Source: Octopus sinensis (Eukaryota). Taken from it: 64,000 nucleotides of DNA. The stretch is taken from assembly GCF_006345805.1 (NCBI RefSeq), contig NC_043003.1, positions 37,634,001-37,698,000 of the forward strand, given 5' to 3'. A program made the translations under genes and the position numbers. Numbering within the stretch: position 1 is the first letter of the stretch; every line of letters begins with the position of its first letter. Of this stretch, positions 24,591 to 36,850 are shown piece by piece. The notes beneath the pieces were generated by a model. The model worked only from the letters and a program-made list of their open reading frames with translations. It made no database searches and was not told the origin of the DNA.

Positions 24591-25536
24591 CCATTTTAAA
24601 GGGTTACAAAATTAACACTGGTTATAGGAACATAAACCTTCTTCCACAAAAAGATAGCTTAAACTGTGCTCTAAATGGAGGTGTAGTCAAATCTTATTTT
24701 ATGGACTCAACCATGTTCTAAAATAAGTCGAAAGGTAAGCTACTATAAATTGGCATGAACTTTCTGGACAACCCAATAATTGCCCTGTTGGTTTCTTGGT
24801 TGCAAGAAAGGGTGAGCGAAATTGAAAATTTTTATGTGCTGGCAGCATGTAAAAAGCATTTATGCCAGCACCACATAAAAAGCACCCATGCTGGTGTCAT
24901 GTAAAAAGAAGCCTGCACACTCTGTAATGTGATTGGCATTACGAAGGGAAACCATGCCAAAACAGACAAATGGAGTCTGACTAGCTGGAGAGTTGGTCAG
25001 GTCCTGTCAAATTATCCAACCCATACCAGACATTAAATGATGATGATGAAGAAGAGGATGATGATTCCTTTACCCTTGTTACGTGTAAGTAAAGGGATTT
25101 TATATTAACCAAATATTGATATTGGAGTGTGAGCCACAATTTTCCAGCAGGCTTACATTTCTATATTGTATTCTACTGTATGGTTCATGATATTCTTAAC
25201 TATTATATTATAGGTCAAAACACTGCATAAAGAATGAGAAATGTTAATAATATTAGACCATTATTGGCATTAGTCTGAGGGAGGAAAGAGTAAGAGGCTT
25301 GTTAGCAGAACTGATAATCAAAAGTATCTTAATTTCAGATATACCTACATTATCTAATCTGTTATCTATCCTTTTTAAAACAGTAAGGTGTGACTTGAGG
25401 GAGACTTGGCTGCAATTTCTAGCAGGTTAATGATAACATGACCTCCTTCATTAACTCACTGCTATTGTATTTCTATATATTTTCTCTCTGTTCACTTCTC
25501 TTTCATGTTGTAAACAATATTTTATATTTGTTGTAG

Positions 25537-25646
25537 AATGCAGTTTCCATGTTCTGTCGTTTGGGTTTTGCCCACAAGAAAATAAATGACCTCAACTTAG
25601 ATGACCTACACTCATCTTGGAGAGCTCGACAAACGTTAACTAAAAA
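25537..25646 (+). CDS. FAM91A1: FAM91A1 exon 10 (110 nt, phase 0/2)
   Basis: ttgtag|AAT..AA|gtaag; NAVSMFCRLGFAHKKINDLNLDDLHSSWRARQTLTK. Confidence 0.96.
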
Positions 25647-25888
25647 GTAAGTTGATGGAAGTGAATCATCTTGGCTTCCTTAAGCACAAGATTTTTCTGT
25701 GAGTGTAACCGTTATAGTCATCATAGCCATTCTTATAGAATGGGACAATTGGGTGCAGCTGAATGGACACAGGTGATTTGGTATGGCTAACTGAATATTA
25801 AACCTGTATTGATAACAGTACTTTTTGGCACTGGAGACAACACATATACACACACATGTACAGGCATGCAGGTATATACACATAGAGC

Positions 25889-26070
25889 CAGGGGTCTCCT
25901 TAGTGGTCAATATCAACCCCTTGGGATCGATGGGGCTATTCAAAGGGTTGATAAATGTGCATGAACTTTATTATTTTTATTTATTTATTTTCTTGTACAT
26001 GCCTGGGAGTTGACAAGGGGTCAAGGATTCCATGAAGAGGTCAATGGTGTAAAAAGATTGGGGATCCCTG
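25889..26070. mobile_element. Probable hAT-type MITE
   Basis: Ends CAGGGGTCTCC..GGGGATCCCTG; no convincing 8-bp TSD. Confidence 0.45.
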
Positions 26071-27067
26071 CCTTATACACATAGAAATATGTTCACATAT
26101 TTTCATATATAAACAAAGAGAGAGAGAGAAAGAAATATTGGTTTTAAATTTTGGCACAAGGCCAGAAATTTCGGGGGAAGGGTAAATTGGATGCATTGAC
26201 CCCCAATGCATAACTGGTATTTTGACCCTGGGAGGATGAAAGGCAGTTATCTCTCCCTCTCCCCTGAATCACCTCCTTTTGACTCACCTCTATGTACTTC
26301 TGACAAGCTCCAATCCTATCACCATACTTCTATCACTCTCCCTACATGTTCTTGCTACCTTTACTCACCTTATCTGTCATTGCTCTCCTATCTACTGTAT
26401 TATTATTATTCTGCTCCACTTCACCCTTTGACCACGGCAGCATTTGAACTCAGAATGTAAAGCTAGAAGCGGTGCCACTAAGCAATTTTTCCTGCACGGT
26501 AATGATTCTACTAGCTTGTTACCTTAAGAGAGAGAAATATTAAAACAAGAGAAACATAAAAATATCTGATGTCCAATAATATGGTATTGAATCAGCGATG
26601 CCAAATAAGTGAGGCCAAAATAGCTGTCAAAACATTTGCCTTGTTTCTTAACATCATTTCTCTTATGTTTTCCATTGATCACCCTTTCTGTGTTATCTGT
26701 TATCTCCCCCTCTCCCCTGTAACCCTATTGACTCACCCCTATAAGCTCCAATCTTATTACCATACATTTCTCACTCTCCCCACATGTTATTGCCACCTTT
26801 ACTCACCTTATTTGTCATTGCTCTCCTACCTAATGTATTATTATTATTCCACTCCACTTCAGCCTTTGTGCACTGTTAGTCAGTTTGTTCAGGGTAGCAT
26901 AACCAATAATGTAGGTAGGAGAGAGGGTGATTGCTGCAGATGGGCTAGGGTAAGAAAGAGAGAAGAGGGAGAGCATGATGGAAGAGAAAGGAGAAATGGG
27001 AGAGATAGTGCTAGAGAAATAAGGAGTAGTAGTAAAGGGAGGCTGCAATGATAGACATATAGTTGTG

Positions 27068-27345
27068 ACAGAGTAAATAGGGTAAAGTTCCCCTTTGGTC
27101 ATGACTGACCATGGGATTGTACCTAGAAAGTTACCCCCCGAGACACAAGTTCGGGCAAGGTTGTTTATGAAAGACCAGCAGTCGCCCATGCAAACCAGCT
27201 TCCCACTCTCCACGTTATGGCTCAGTGGTTAGGGTATTGAGTTCACAATGATGAGGTAGTGAGTTCGATTCCAGGACCAGGTTGTGTGTTGTGTTCTTGA
27301 GCAAGACACTTTATTTCACATAGCTCCAGTTCACAACAGAGTAAA
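27068..27345 (-). mobile_element. SINE family B copy with inverted 5' segment
   Basis: 3' half antisense at 27080-27214, 5' head in + orientation at 27217-27334, flanked by ACAGAGTAAA direct repeats. Confidence 0.8.
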
Positions 27346-27430
27346 CAACAGCTACAATATTTGTAATCCATTACTGTCTCCATCATTGCCAGTCTCTTTA
27401 TTTCTAATTTTGTACTTTTATTTATTGCAG

Positions 27431-27546
27431 ACCAAGTCAAGACCAACTTCTCCTGGAGATGAGTATGCCACTCACTGAGACCGAGTCTCTGTTGGATGTA
27501 AACACAGCCAGTAATACTGACAGTTCAAGTATTGACAGTTCTCTAG
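27431..27546 (+). CDS. FAM91A1: FAM91A1 exon 11 (116 nt, phase 2/1), poorly conserved Ser/Thr/Asp-rich linker
   Basis: ttgcag|A..CTA G|gtaaac; PSQDQLLLEMSMPLTETESLLDVNTASNTDSSSIDSSL; supported mainly by phase compatibility with exons 10 and 12. Confidence 0.85.
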
Positions 27547-28668
27547 GTAAACACACCTGTTGTCACTAACATTTATCATCTGTTAGCCTTATATTTAATA
27601 TTGTCTCCAGTAGTTCCTTTTCCCTATGCTAGCATAGGTGAGATAATTATTGACAGAATTGGACAGTTGTATATAAATTGCATTATTGTAAATGTAAAAC
27701 GTATTTAGTACACCAAATGTGCTTGCTCAGACTGATGTTTAGCTTAGATGTGGTATTAGTTGAATTAAGCCAGCAGTCTTGAGAAAGTAAGCATTCCCTG
27801 ATAATCTAATCCATAGATAAACTGAAGCTCTAACATATGTGAGAAGTATTGCCGATAGAGGAGAAAGGATGTTACGATGTGAAGAATGAGAGAAAGAGAG
27901 AGATAGTTTGCTAACACTACATCGCAATTGTATCACAAGTAATTTGTTAGTTTACTAAGCCCCCAGGAGAAAAGATTTTCTCCTGACATAGTGAACTAGC
28001 ACACTTCAATTCATGGTTGTGACGGGAATTAAGCACAACAATATGAATAAATTATGAATTAACGGCTAAGATTCTAATGTAAAAAAGATATATTATAATG
28101 CCAATTTGGAAACTGTTGAGACTGTCGTCGTCATCATCATCATCAACAGTCATCATCAATAGTCAACATCAACATCACATTTGCTTTCCACACTGACTTG
28201 TGTTGGATGGATCATCATATTCCAAGACATTCCTCATTCGGAGTTAATGCCCTAATAATTAGGTGAGGAACCACATCTTGCTCATATGTTCCATTTTTAG
28301 CATGGATTCTACAGCTGGATGTCCTTAAGACTAACCACTTTACAGAGTGAAATATACTAGGCACATTTTATCCATGGTACCAACACTAATGAGGCTGTCA
28401 TGCCATTGGCCAAACTAAAGGATCCTATTGACATCTACATTGTCTCCACTCACTTGCCATCCATTTTTACAGAATGTATTTAGCACATTTTTCATGGCAT
28501 TGGCACTAGTGAGATTGCTTTGTGCTCCACAAAGCTTGAAAGTGCTCACTACCCAACAGCATATATTGCTTATTCAAGGAACCTGACAGAGAGGCAAGAG
28601 AGAATTGTGACAGAGAAGAACCAGGGTGAATGGGTGAAGGGAGTGAGAGTATGACAAGAGAACTAGTG

Positions 28669-29193
28669 TACTGTAAATCCTCGAGTATAGTCCGCCCTTG
28701 AGTATAATACGCAGGGGATTGTTAGGGGGCTGTACCTCTGAAAAACCTAAACCTTGAGTATAATACACACCCTTTCTCTAACTTGAGTCAAGGAAGTCTA
28801 TATAACGTCCTTAGTTTGTAAAAATGTATACAGTAACGTCCTTTATTATTATTGTACATATAACATAATGCAAACGTGTAGCTTTTTTGTGCATTTTGTT
28901 TGCACAAAATAAAGAAATAACAGTAATGAGACTAATAACGTTTAATAAATGTTGCTTACTGCAAGTTATGGGTGATTCTTTTATGATGTCATTGCTTTCA
29001 GGCTTAGCTTAAGGTATTTTCGCGCCCGACATCACAAAATGCGTCTGAATAAACATTGCCGGACAGCAAATAGAGACCCGGACATTGCTTAGAAAATAAT
29101 TTTCATTTTTAACCTCGTATAGAGTACGCACTAAGGATTTTGACCTTTAAAATTTGGGGAAAAAATGCGGATTATACTCGAGGATTTATGGTA
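28669..29193. mobile_element. pogo/Tigger-like non-autonomous DNA transposon
   Basis: TA|CTGTAAATCCTCGAGTATAGTCCGC..GCGGATTATACTCGAGGATTTATGG|TA (22/25 TIR match). Confidence 0.85.
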
Positions 29194-29477
29194 AGTAGAA
29201 ATAATGGGGAAACAGAGTAATAGATGACAATAAAAAAAATGTCATGAGGAAGAAGGAGTGTGGCTGATGGCACAGAACGAGTGAAGGTAGGGTGTATTGG
29301 TTACAAACAGTTATGATCTAACCCCTCATACATAGACAACTTTATGGGAAAGAGAGATAGTGATAATGACTGAAAAAGGGGCAATTGAATACTGACAGGT
29401 CCAGTGCCATCCCTTGTTAACAATATCAGTATGATGCATTTACATGGAATAATTATGTTTTTTCTATCCATTTACAG

Positions 29478-29572
29478 AAGTCAGTGGTCAAAATGCTGGG
29501 TCAGCAAAGAGAATAGTTTTCCTGTTTGATTCTACACTAACAGCATTCCTAATGATGGGAAATTTGTCTCAG
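29478..29572 (+). CDS. FAM91A1: FAM91A1 exon 12 (95 nt, phase 1/0)
   Basis: ttacag|AA..CAG|gtccga; [32 protein letters not shown]. Confidence 0.94.
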
Positions 29573-30789
29573 GTCCGATATTTTACTCACTTCACAGCTC
29601 TGTTATAGTTTTGCACACATCAGTATACATACATCTGTGAGTGAGTGTTTGTGTGTGTGTGTGTGTGAGTGCATTCTCTTATTCTTTTACTGGTTTCAGT
29701 CATTGGAATTTGGCCATGCTGGGGCACTGCTTTCAATTTTTTTAATCTTCCCTCGTATCGAGCCCAATACTTAATTCAGCTTTGTTGATTTCTACTTGCC
29801 AAACTGTTAAGTTATTTGCCAATAACTTGAGAGATTGGCAAATAGCAACACATCATAAGCACAGACATAAACAGATAAACATGCATGCACACACACACAC
29901 GCACATACATACACGTTGACTTTGTTGTCTGTTTATAGTTGGTCTGAGTATCTACATACATCTTGATAGTTCTCCAAAATACAAAACTGGACAAGGTTTT
30001 TTTGTGGAAGACTAGTAGTTGCTCAAACAAGCAAGTGTCCTTTCTTTATGTCACTGATGTTGCCCAATGGAAACCCAAGACCAATACAGTTCAACAGTTG
30101 AAGACTGGCCAGGTTGCCAGCTTGCCCGATGGCAAGTGGGCCCCTGTGCCATTAGAATTCATATATGGGGGCCCATGTTAGTATCTAAGGGGCCCATCCC
30201 CTCAAGTTTGAGAATTTTTTATTCACTCCTGGAAGAATGTATTAATTATGTCAGCCTAGCTGTGTTTGTAGACAGTTGAAAAAAATACTTTTAACAAAAA
30301 AAAAAAAATGATAGCATTGTAGTCGTGGGTGGGCCCCTTTAGTCTCCTGGCAACCAATATTTTTAGATTCAGTCTGCTACTGCAGTTCAGTATCAGCATT
30401 GTTTCAGGTCTTGCTATCAGAATCCAAAAAGCCAGAGCAGATACCACTAAGCATCCTACCTGGCACAGTTTTGTTGCACCTTTACTCTAGACAGGTATTT
30501 TATTTACTGACCCAAAAAAGGATAAATGGCAAGATTGACCTGGGCAGTATTTGAACGTGGAGCATAGAAAATCATAACAAATATTACCAGGCATTATATC
30601 TAACACTTGTGCAATTCTGCCAATTCTAAATCATATGGTGTCATTTATAAAGCACTCAGTACACTCTGTAAAGTGGTTGGTGTTCAGCTGTAGAAATCAA
30701 GCCAAAACAGAATATGGAACCTGGTATGACCCCTGATTTTACCAGTACTTGTCAAGCCATTCAACCCATGCCAGCATGGAAGATGAATG

Positions 30790-31165
30790 GCCATGTGTTT
30801 AAGATGTTTTGCTTCCCAGCCACATAGTTTCAGTTCTATTGTGCCTTGAATAAAGAAAGGTCTTCTACTATAGCCCTAAACTGACTAATGCCTTGTGAAT
30901 GGATTTGATGCACAGAAACTGAGGGAGGCTCCTTATGTATGTATGCATTTATGAAAGTTTGTAGACGTTGTCTTGGTATTGCATGATTGTTGTAAATGTA
31001 TGTCATTCATTTCCAGTATTCTGTGAAAACATGTCTGGTCATGGGGAAACATTATCTTGCTTGGAAACAGGCAAAGGTTTGTGACAAGAACGGCATCTGA
31101 CAATAGAAAAAAACCTGCCTCAGTAAACTTCATCTGACCCAGTCAAGCATGGAAAAGTGGACATT
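30790..31165 (+). mobile_element. SINE family D2, degenerate
   Basis: tRNA head + linker + CATGCAAGCATGGAAAAGTGGAC-type tail. Confidence 0.75.
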
Positions 31166-31239
31166 GAAAATTAAAAGAATAAATAAACCATTTAGAGAAT
31201 GAAATGAAAACCTCACTTATATTGACACAGGTTCATGCT

Positions 31240-31940
31240 CTTCACCTTGAGTCTACAAAAATTTTGCAATATGTAAGCAGAAAGATTTAAATTTGTCCTA
31301 ATGAAAGGAAACTTTTGACAAAGCAATTCCTTATTATAATAATACCTCAAAAGCAAGTGGATTCAAGGATACAATCTCATATTCAAACCCAGTATCATTT
31401 GGTTTATACCTAAACTTTAAGTCCAACATTGTAAAATCTTTTCTTATAAATACTACCTTGCTAACCATAAATATAGAAAGCTGTTGAACAGATATGAAGA
31501 GTTTTACATCTCATAAAATTACTTAACCTACTGATGCCAATTGTTCATGTTGAAACATCAATACACGTACACTGAATGGTCCTGTAACACAGAGACTATC
31601 ACATATGAAGTAAAAGTTAATTCAACAAATCTGAATCCTGATACCACTCAGAAATTGATGTAACCAAAGGAAATTTTAAAAGATTGTACATCTTCATTCA
31701 AAAATATGAAAAGCAGAATGAAATGAAACTCTTTAATTGTATCTGATCATTGAAAAAAAAAAATGCATCAAACTACAGTATCAACTGAAAGATCATTGAA
31801 AAATCAAGTCGTTATAAAAATGGCAGGAATATATGTTACTTGTGCACAACAGAGAAAAATCTAATCACTCAACAGAACTGTATTTAAATAAAGCTTCCAA
31901 AAAATGCAAGAATGCAGATAAATTCATTTTATTGAACTGA
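31240..31940 (+). mobile_element. Penelope-like element relic (C-terminal RT thumb and GIY-YIG region)
   Basis: Frame-broken motifs FDKAIPYYNNTSKASGFKDTISY, NHKYRKLLNR, CNTETITYEVKV, I*SLK, KIIEKSSRYKNGRNICYLCTTEKNLI. Confidence 0.8.
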
Positions 31941-32202
31941 GTACAGCTTTCTTGAATTATAATTGCACATGGGTGTAGTTGTGCATGTATACAGAGAAAT
32001 TAGCAACATATATGCATTTTTTTACACTGTATCTATTCAACTTTACTATATCATTAACATTAGATTATCTTGCTACTACACTGTAACTACATACATTATT
32101 TTGTTTCCAAAATGCAATTTCTTACAGCATATTCTCTTAAATGGTCCATTAAAATACAGTTACAGCACATTCACTTAAATAATCTTTTAATTTTAGTTTA
32201 AG

Positions 32203-32545
32203 AATTCTTTGTAAGCCTAGTATTTATTCTATTGGTCTCTTTTGCTGAACCACTAAGTTATGGGGACATAAACACAACATAAACACACCAGCATCGGTTG
32301 TCAAGTGATGTTGGGGGAACAAACACAGACACGCAAACGTATACACACATACACATATATATATACATATATATATTTATATGACGGGCTTCTTTCAGTT
32401 TCCGTCTACCAAATCGACTCGCAAGGCTTTGGTCGACCCAAGACTATAGTAGAAGACACTTGCCCAAGGTGCAATGCAGTGGGACTGAACCCGGAACCAT
32501 GTGGTTCGCAAGCAAGCTACTTACCACACAGCCACTCCTACGCCT
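32203..32545 (-). mobile_element. SINE family D1
   Basis: Reverse complement of 15094 copy, tail end truncated. Confidence 0.88.
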
Positions 32546-32639
32546 GTGTTGAGGATTCTCCTATGGGTGTTCAGGATTCTCCCATAACAATTAGTATGGA
32601 AAGAAAAATTGAGCATTAAATGAACACATAGTGTGTATA

Positions 32640-33080
32640 ATATATATCCATCCATCTTCTCTGCTCACCACTCTTGGAAGGACCATGAGAGTTAAATCCT
32701 CATGCACCTCCTCCTATCAGAAGCAACTATTATTACACTTTTTGTCTGGATTCCTGATCATGACCAACTGAGACTATGGATATTATCCAACCATCTCATT
32801 CTTGGTTTACCCCTAAGTCTCCTGCCATTTGGTTTGGCTGGAAGAATCCATCTTGCAATTCTTTTCTGTGGCATTCTAACCACATGTCCATAGTACCAAA
32901 GCTATGACTGCTCAATGTGAAGAATTAATAGCTCTACCTAGAGAGACTCCCCCCATTCAATATGTGTGTGTGTCTTTTGATAATACCTTTAATCTGTTAC
33001 CCAGTTATTCTATCACCTGGCTCTTAGATGTCTGTCTTTTGCAGAGTCCACTCTCGTTTTTAAGCATTCAGGCCAGGTCC
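32640..33080 (-). mobile_element. RTE-clade LINE 3' relic (second RTE family)
   Basis: QLWYYGHVVRMPQKRIARWILPAKPNGRRLRGKPRMRWLDNI, (GATG)n tail; related copy at 41230-41610. Confidence 0.85.
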
Positions 33081-33302
33081 CTATTCTAAGGAGGACTTTC
33101 CCACCTTTTCCTTCTGCTACTTTTAGAGACCTTGAAAAATGTCATGACCCCTGACCTTCCTCCTCAGATTAAGCAATAAAAATAGTATCTATAATGAGTA
33201 TTTTTCATGCCTAACTTTATTTGATAATATAATTTATTTTATTTATATATATGTATATATATTGTTTATATTATTCTCTTCTTTTTTCTTTTGTGTCACC
33301 AG

Positions 33303-33389
33303 GGTCTTAAGAGTCATGCAGTGACAATGTTTGAGGTTGGGAAACTGAGTGATGAGTCAATGGACAGCTTTTTAACAGAGTTAGAAAAA
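33303..33389 (+). CDS. FAM91A1: FAM91A1 exon 13 (87 nt, phase 0/0)
   Basis: caccag|GGT..AAA|gtagg; GLKSHAVTMFEVGKLSDESMDSFLTELEK. Confidence 0.97.
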
Positions 33390-34242
33390 GTAGGTGCCAT
33401 ATTTTTTATTCGTAGTTGCAGATCTGTAAAAGATTATTGATTCATTTTATTTATTACATGAATACATACATGTACACACACACACAGATATTGTATAGCT
33501 GTCACTGGCAAGTATGACTTGATAGCATATACCATGCTTTTACTAATCGCTTAATTGTTTTAGGTGACTATGTAGATGTTGCATTTCTAGACAACCCCAG
33601 ATAATGATAATTTTATGATGAAAAGCAAATTCAACCATGATGTGATTTGCACTTATCATGTAAAAGGAGATTACAAAATACTGATCCTTGTTACATAATT
33701 GTATGACTAGTGAGTCCTTTAACCATCAATGTATCTTAGGAAACTTAGAATAGTAGAGCCTTTCACCTTCAAACAATTCCAATTGAACTGCAGACTAATG
33801 AAATATTTATTAGTTTTGTATAATTATTACTGCTTGACTTGGCATGTTGTTCCTACCATGTGATGGGTCATTGTTTCTTTGTAGCACCTATTTATAACTG
33901 TGGGTTGAGCCATAAACAGTATAGCAACACTAACTGTATACCAATTAGTCTCCAGCCTTTGGTTGTCTAGCTCTCTTTGCATTCATCTGTCTACTCTCTC
34001 AGTCATTGATCAGATTAACATAATTCAGTAAGTGAATGAGTAAAAAGAGAGCAAGAACCTGTGATTTTTGCAGGCTTTCCCAGATTAAAAAGGAAAATGT
34101 GAACATTGACTGTGTTGAATCTAACCTCAGTCACTCATGTGACATTTAGGAATGCTTACTACTGCAGAACTGAGAGAGAAACAGACTGAGTGAATTTTTA
34201 GGTATTTTTTATGATTTCAAAACATTATCGCATATATTAGTT

Positions 34243-34656
34243 GCAGGCATGGCTGTGTGGTAATAAATTTGCTTCTTGACCATATGAGGTCAGGTTCAGT
34301 TTCACTGTATGGCACTTGGGCTAGTGTCTTACATTATGGCACCAAGCCAACCAAAGCATTGTAAGTGGACTTGGTAGATGGAAACTGGAAGAAGCCCATT
34401 GTGTGTGTGTCTGTTACTATCTCCTCTGTCTTGGGCATTATGTGATAGTTGTAAATGATTGTCACTACCATACAAGCAGTGTCATTCATTTCCAATATAC
34501 TATGAAAACATGTCTGACCAGAGATAAATATTACTTTGCTTGGAAATAGGTAAGGGTTGGCATCAGGAAGGGTATCTGGTTGTAGAAAATCTGCTTCAAT
34601 AAACTCCACACAACCCATCTGAGCATGGAAAAGTGGACATTAAAATAATGATGATA
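34243..34656 (+). mobile_element. SINE family D2, full length
   Basis: Same head as D1, (TG)n linker, then GGAAGGGTATCTGG..CATGGAAAAGTGGACATTAAA..ATGATGAT tail. Confidence 0.88.
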
Positions 34657-34756
34657 ACGATAGTTAGCTGGTGAATTAAGTTTTTTTTTTCTGAAAAGTT
34701 TATTGATTATTTTATTATTAATCCTTTATTAATAACATGCTTGATTCAAACAACAG

Positions 34757-34965
34757 GTTGGTTCTGAAGCTGAAGGGGAAGCACAGCGTTACTTCGACCA
34801 TGCTGTTACCCTAAGGTACACGATCAGATTCCTTCGTTACAACAAAAACCTCTTTCCGGACTCTAACGCAAATTCCTCTGGCCTTGGCATAGATCTGATC
34901 CGATGTGAGAGTCTCTTAAGCTTGGATGCAGCTACTCGAGCTCGGATTCTGAACAAAAATTATAC
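34757..34965 (+). CDS. FAM91A1: FAM91A1 exon 14 (209 nt, phase 0/2)
   Basis: caacag|GTT..AC|gtaag; VGSEAEGEAQRYFDHAVTLRYTIRFLRYNKNL..GIDLIRCESLLSLDAATRARILNKNY. Confidence 0.97.
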
Positions 34966-36559
34966 GTAAGTTATTTACATCTATTTTACAATAATATTAC
35001 GTGTGTATATATATATATATATACACACTCCTGTCACAACCTGGGACCTTGAAGACTGCTTTAATGCAAGAAAGTATACTAGTCCCTTAATATTTTATAT
35101 TCAATATTTCATCTATTCAATAAGACAATCAATACTTCATTTCATTTTACTATATATACTATTTATACTATATATTCTATATTCTACATTAATATTATAA
35201 AGAATATAAATAAAACATAAAAAAACAGAGTTGGAATTCCTTTGAATAATATATATATGTATATATGTATAATATGCATTGTACATATGTATTATGTATG
35301 TATCATATAATATGCTTGCTATTGTTGTTACACTTGGTTTTTGATTTATCATTTCTCCAAAAGTTCTCATGGATTTTACTGACCTGTATATTTAGAAAAT
35401 TTTAAAATAATTATAAATCAAATATTTAATGTTTCTTGGTAGATAATTCTTAGTATCCGCTACTGTATCATAAAATGACAGTTGATATTATGAGTTAATG
35501 TGATTTTCTATCTGTTTGTCTGTCTGTCCATCTCTCTCTCTCTTTCTCCCTCACACACACACACAACATACCAGTTTTTATATGCCCATACTGCCGTTTA
35601 ACATCACCAGGTAGCCCAGAGATGCTTTTTAATGTAGTTCACTTTGTTGCAAGCATTCAGGCCAAATCTTTGGCTCTAGGCTAACTTACACCCACCAGCC
35701 TTGGAGGCTCTGTGACTAAACGATAAAAAAAAATAAGCACCCTATCTAGTCATGACTATAAGTGTTGGCATGGCTGTGTTTGACAAGCTTGTTTTGCAAC
35801 TCTGTAGTTCCAGGCTCCATCCCACTGAGTAGCACCTCGGACAAGTAACTTTTAAACCTTTTTGGTAGCTCTTCGTTGTTTTTCTTTTCAAGGTTACGCA
35901 GGTTGTTTTCTAACCAGTATTCAAGAAATTATGTAAATCTGACTCGCAAGGTCTTGTTCAATATTATTTTTATTAAATCCAAATTCAATCGTTTAAACAG
36001 TATTATCAATAAAACAGGATTGTTCTTCCTTAGTTTACTTCAAATTATGAGAAGGCATGTAATAAAAAAGACTTTTATTCTAATTCATTTTCTTCTGAGA
36101 GTTTACTTGTCAAGAAGAAACACAAGTATTGAATTTCTTAGCTAATTATTCAAACTACCCTAGAAAGAATTTAGGTGAATGACTTAAGGTCATGATGGAG
36201 AAAAATAGATAATGCAAAGTCTATTTCATGAGCATGACAATAATTTAACACTGCAAGACATGCAGAATTGTGAGTGACAAAACGTCTTGCAGCAGCCTAA
36301 AAGTCACAGAAAAATATCAGAAATCCTGGGTTTTTATAAGTTACTTGAGATATTTCTAGAAGCATCCAGAAACTAAATTTCAGAAGAATTTTTGGTTGAA
36401 AACTAGGATGGCTTTGGCTAATAACTTAGTAAGCCAATGAAAAGAATCTTTTCAAATTGACTTCGTCTAAATTTGAATTTTGGCACCAAAAGAAAATTTC
36501 CATGGAACAACTCCAGTTGATTTCAAAACATACCTGCTACAAAGCTTTTTACTACACCT

Positions 36560-36850
36560 TCTACAATAACCCTTAGTCAACCGATGTCTTGTGAATAAAT
36601 TTGGTAGGCAGAAACTGAGGAAGCCCATCATGTATGTATATACATGTGTGTGTGTTTGTCTCCCACTTTCTCCCCACTGCTTGACAACCAGTTTGGTCTG
36701 TTTATGTTCCTGTAACTTAAAAGATTGGCAAAAGAGACTAGCAGAACAAGTACCAGACTTAAAAAATAAGTACTGGGGTCAATTTGTTTGACTAAATCCT
36801 TCAGAGTGGTGCCCCAGCATGGTCACAGTTCAGTAACTGAAGCAAGAGGT
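36560..36850 (+). mobile_element. SINE family D1, 5'-truncated
   Basis: Homology to 15094-15487. Confidence 0.8.

Noticed and set aside
26569-27213. 160-aa and 127-aa ORFs
   Set aside because: They run through low-complexity pyrimidine/purine tracts and a SINE; no coding signature.
29573-29580. U12-type intron at the atypical exon 12 donor
   Set aside because: GTCCGATA does not match GTATCCTT.
35876-36560. AT-rich stretch with an 89-aa ORF, possibly an old transposon
   Set aside because: No diagnostic motif recognised, so it is left unannotated.
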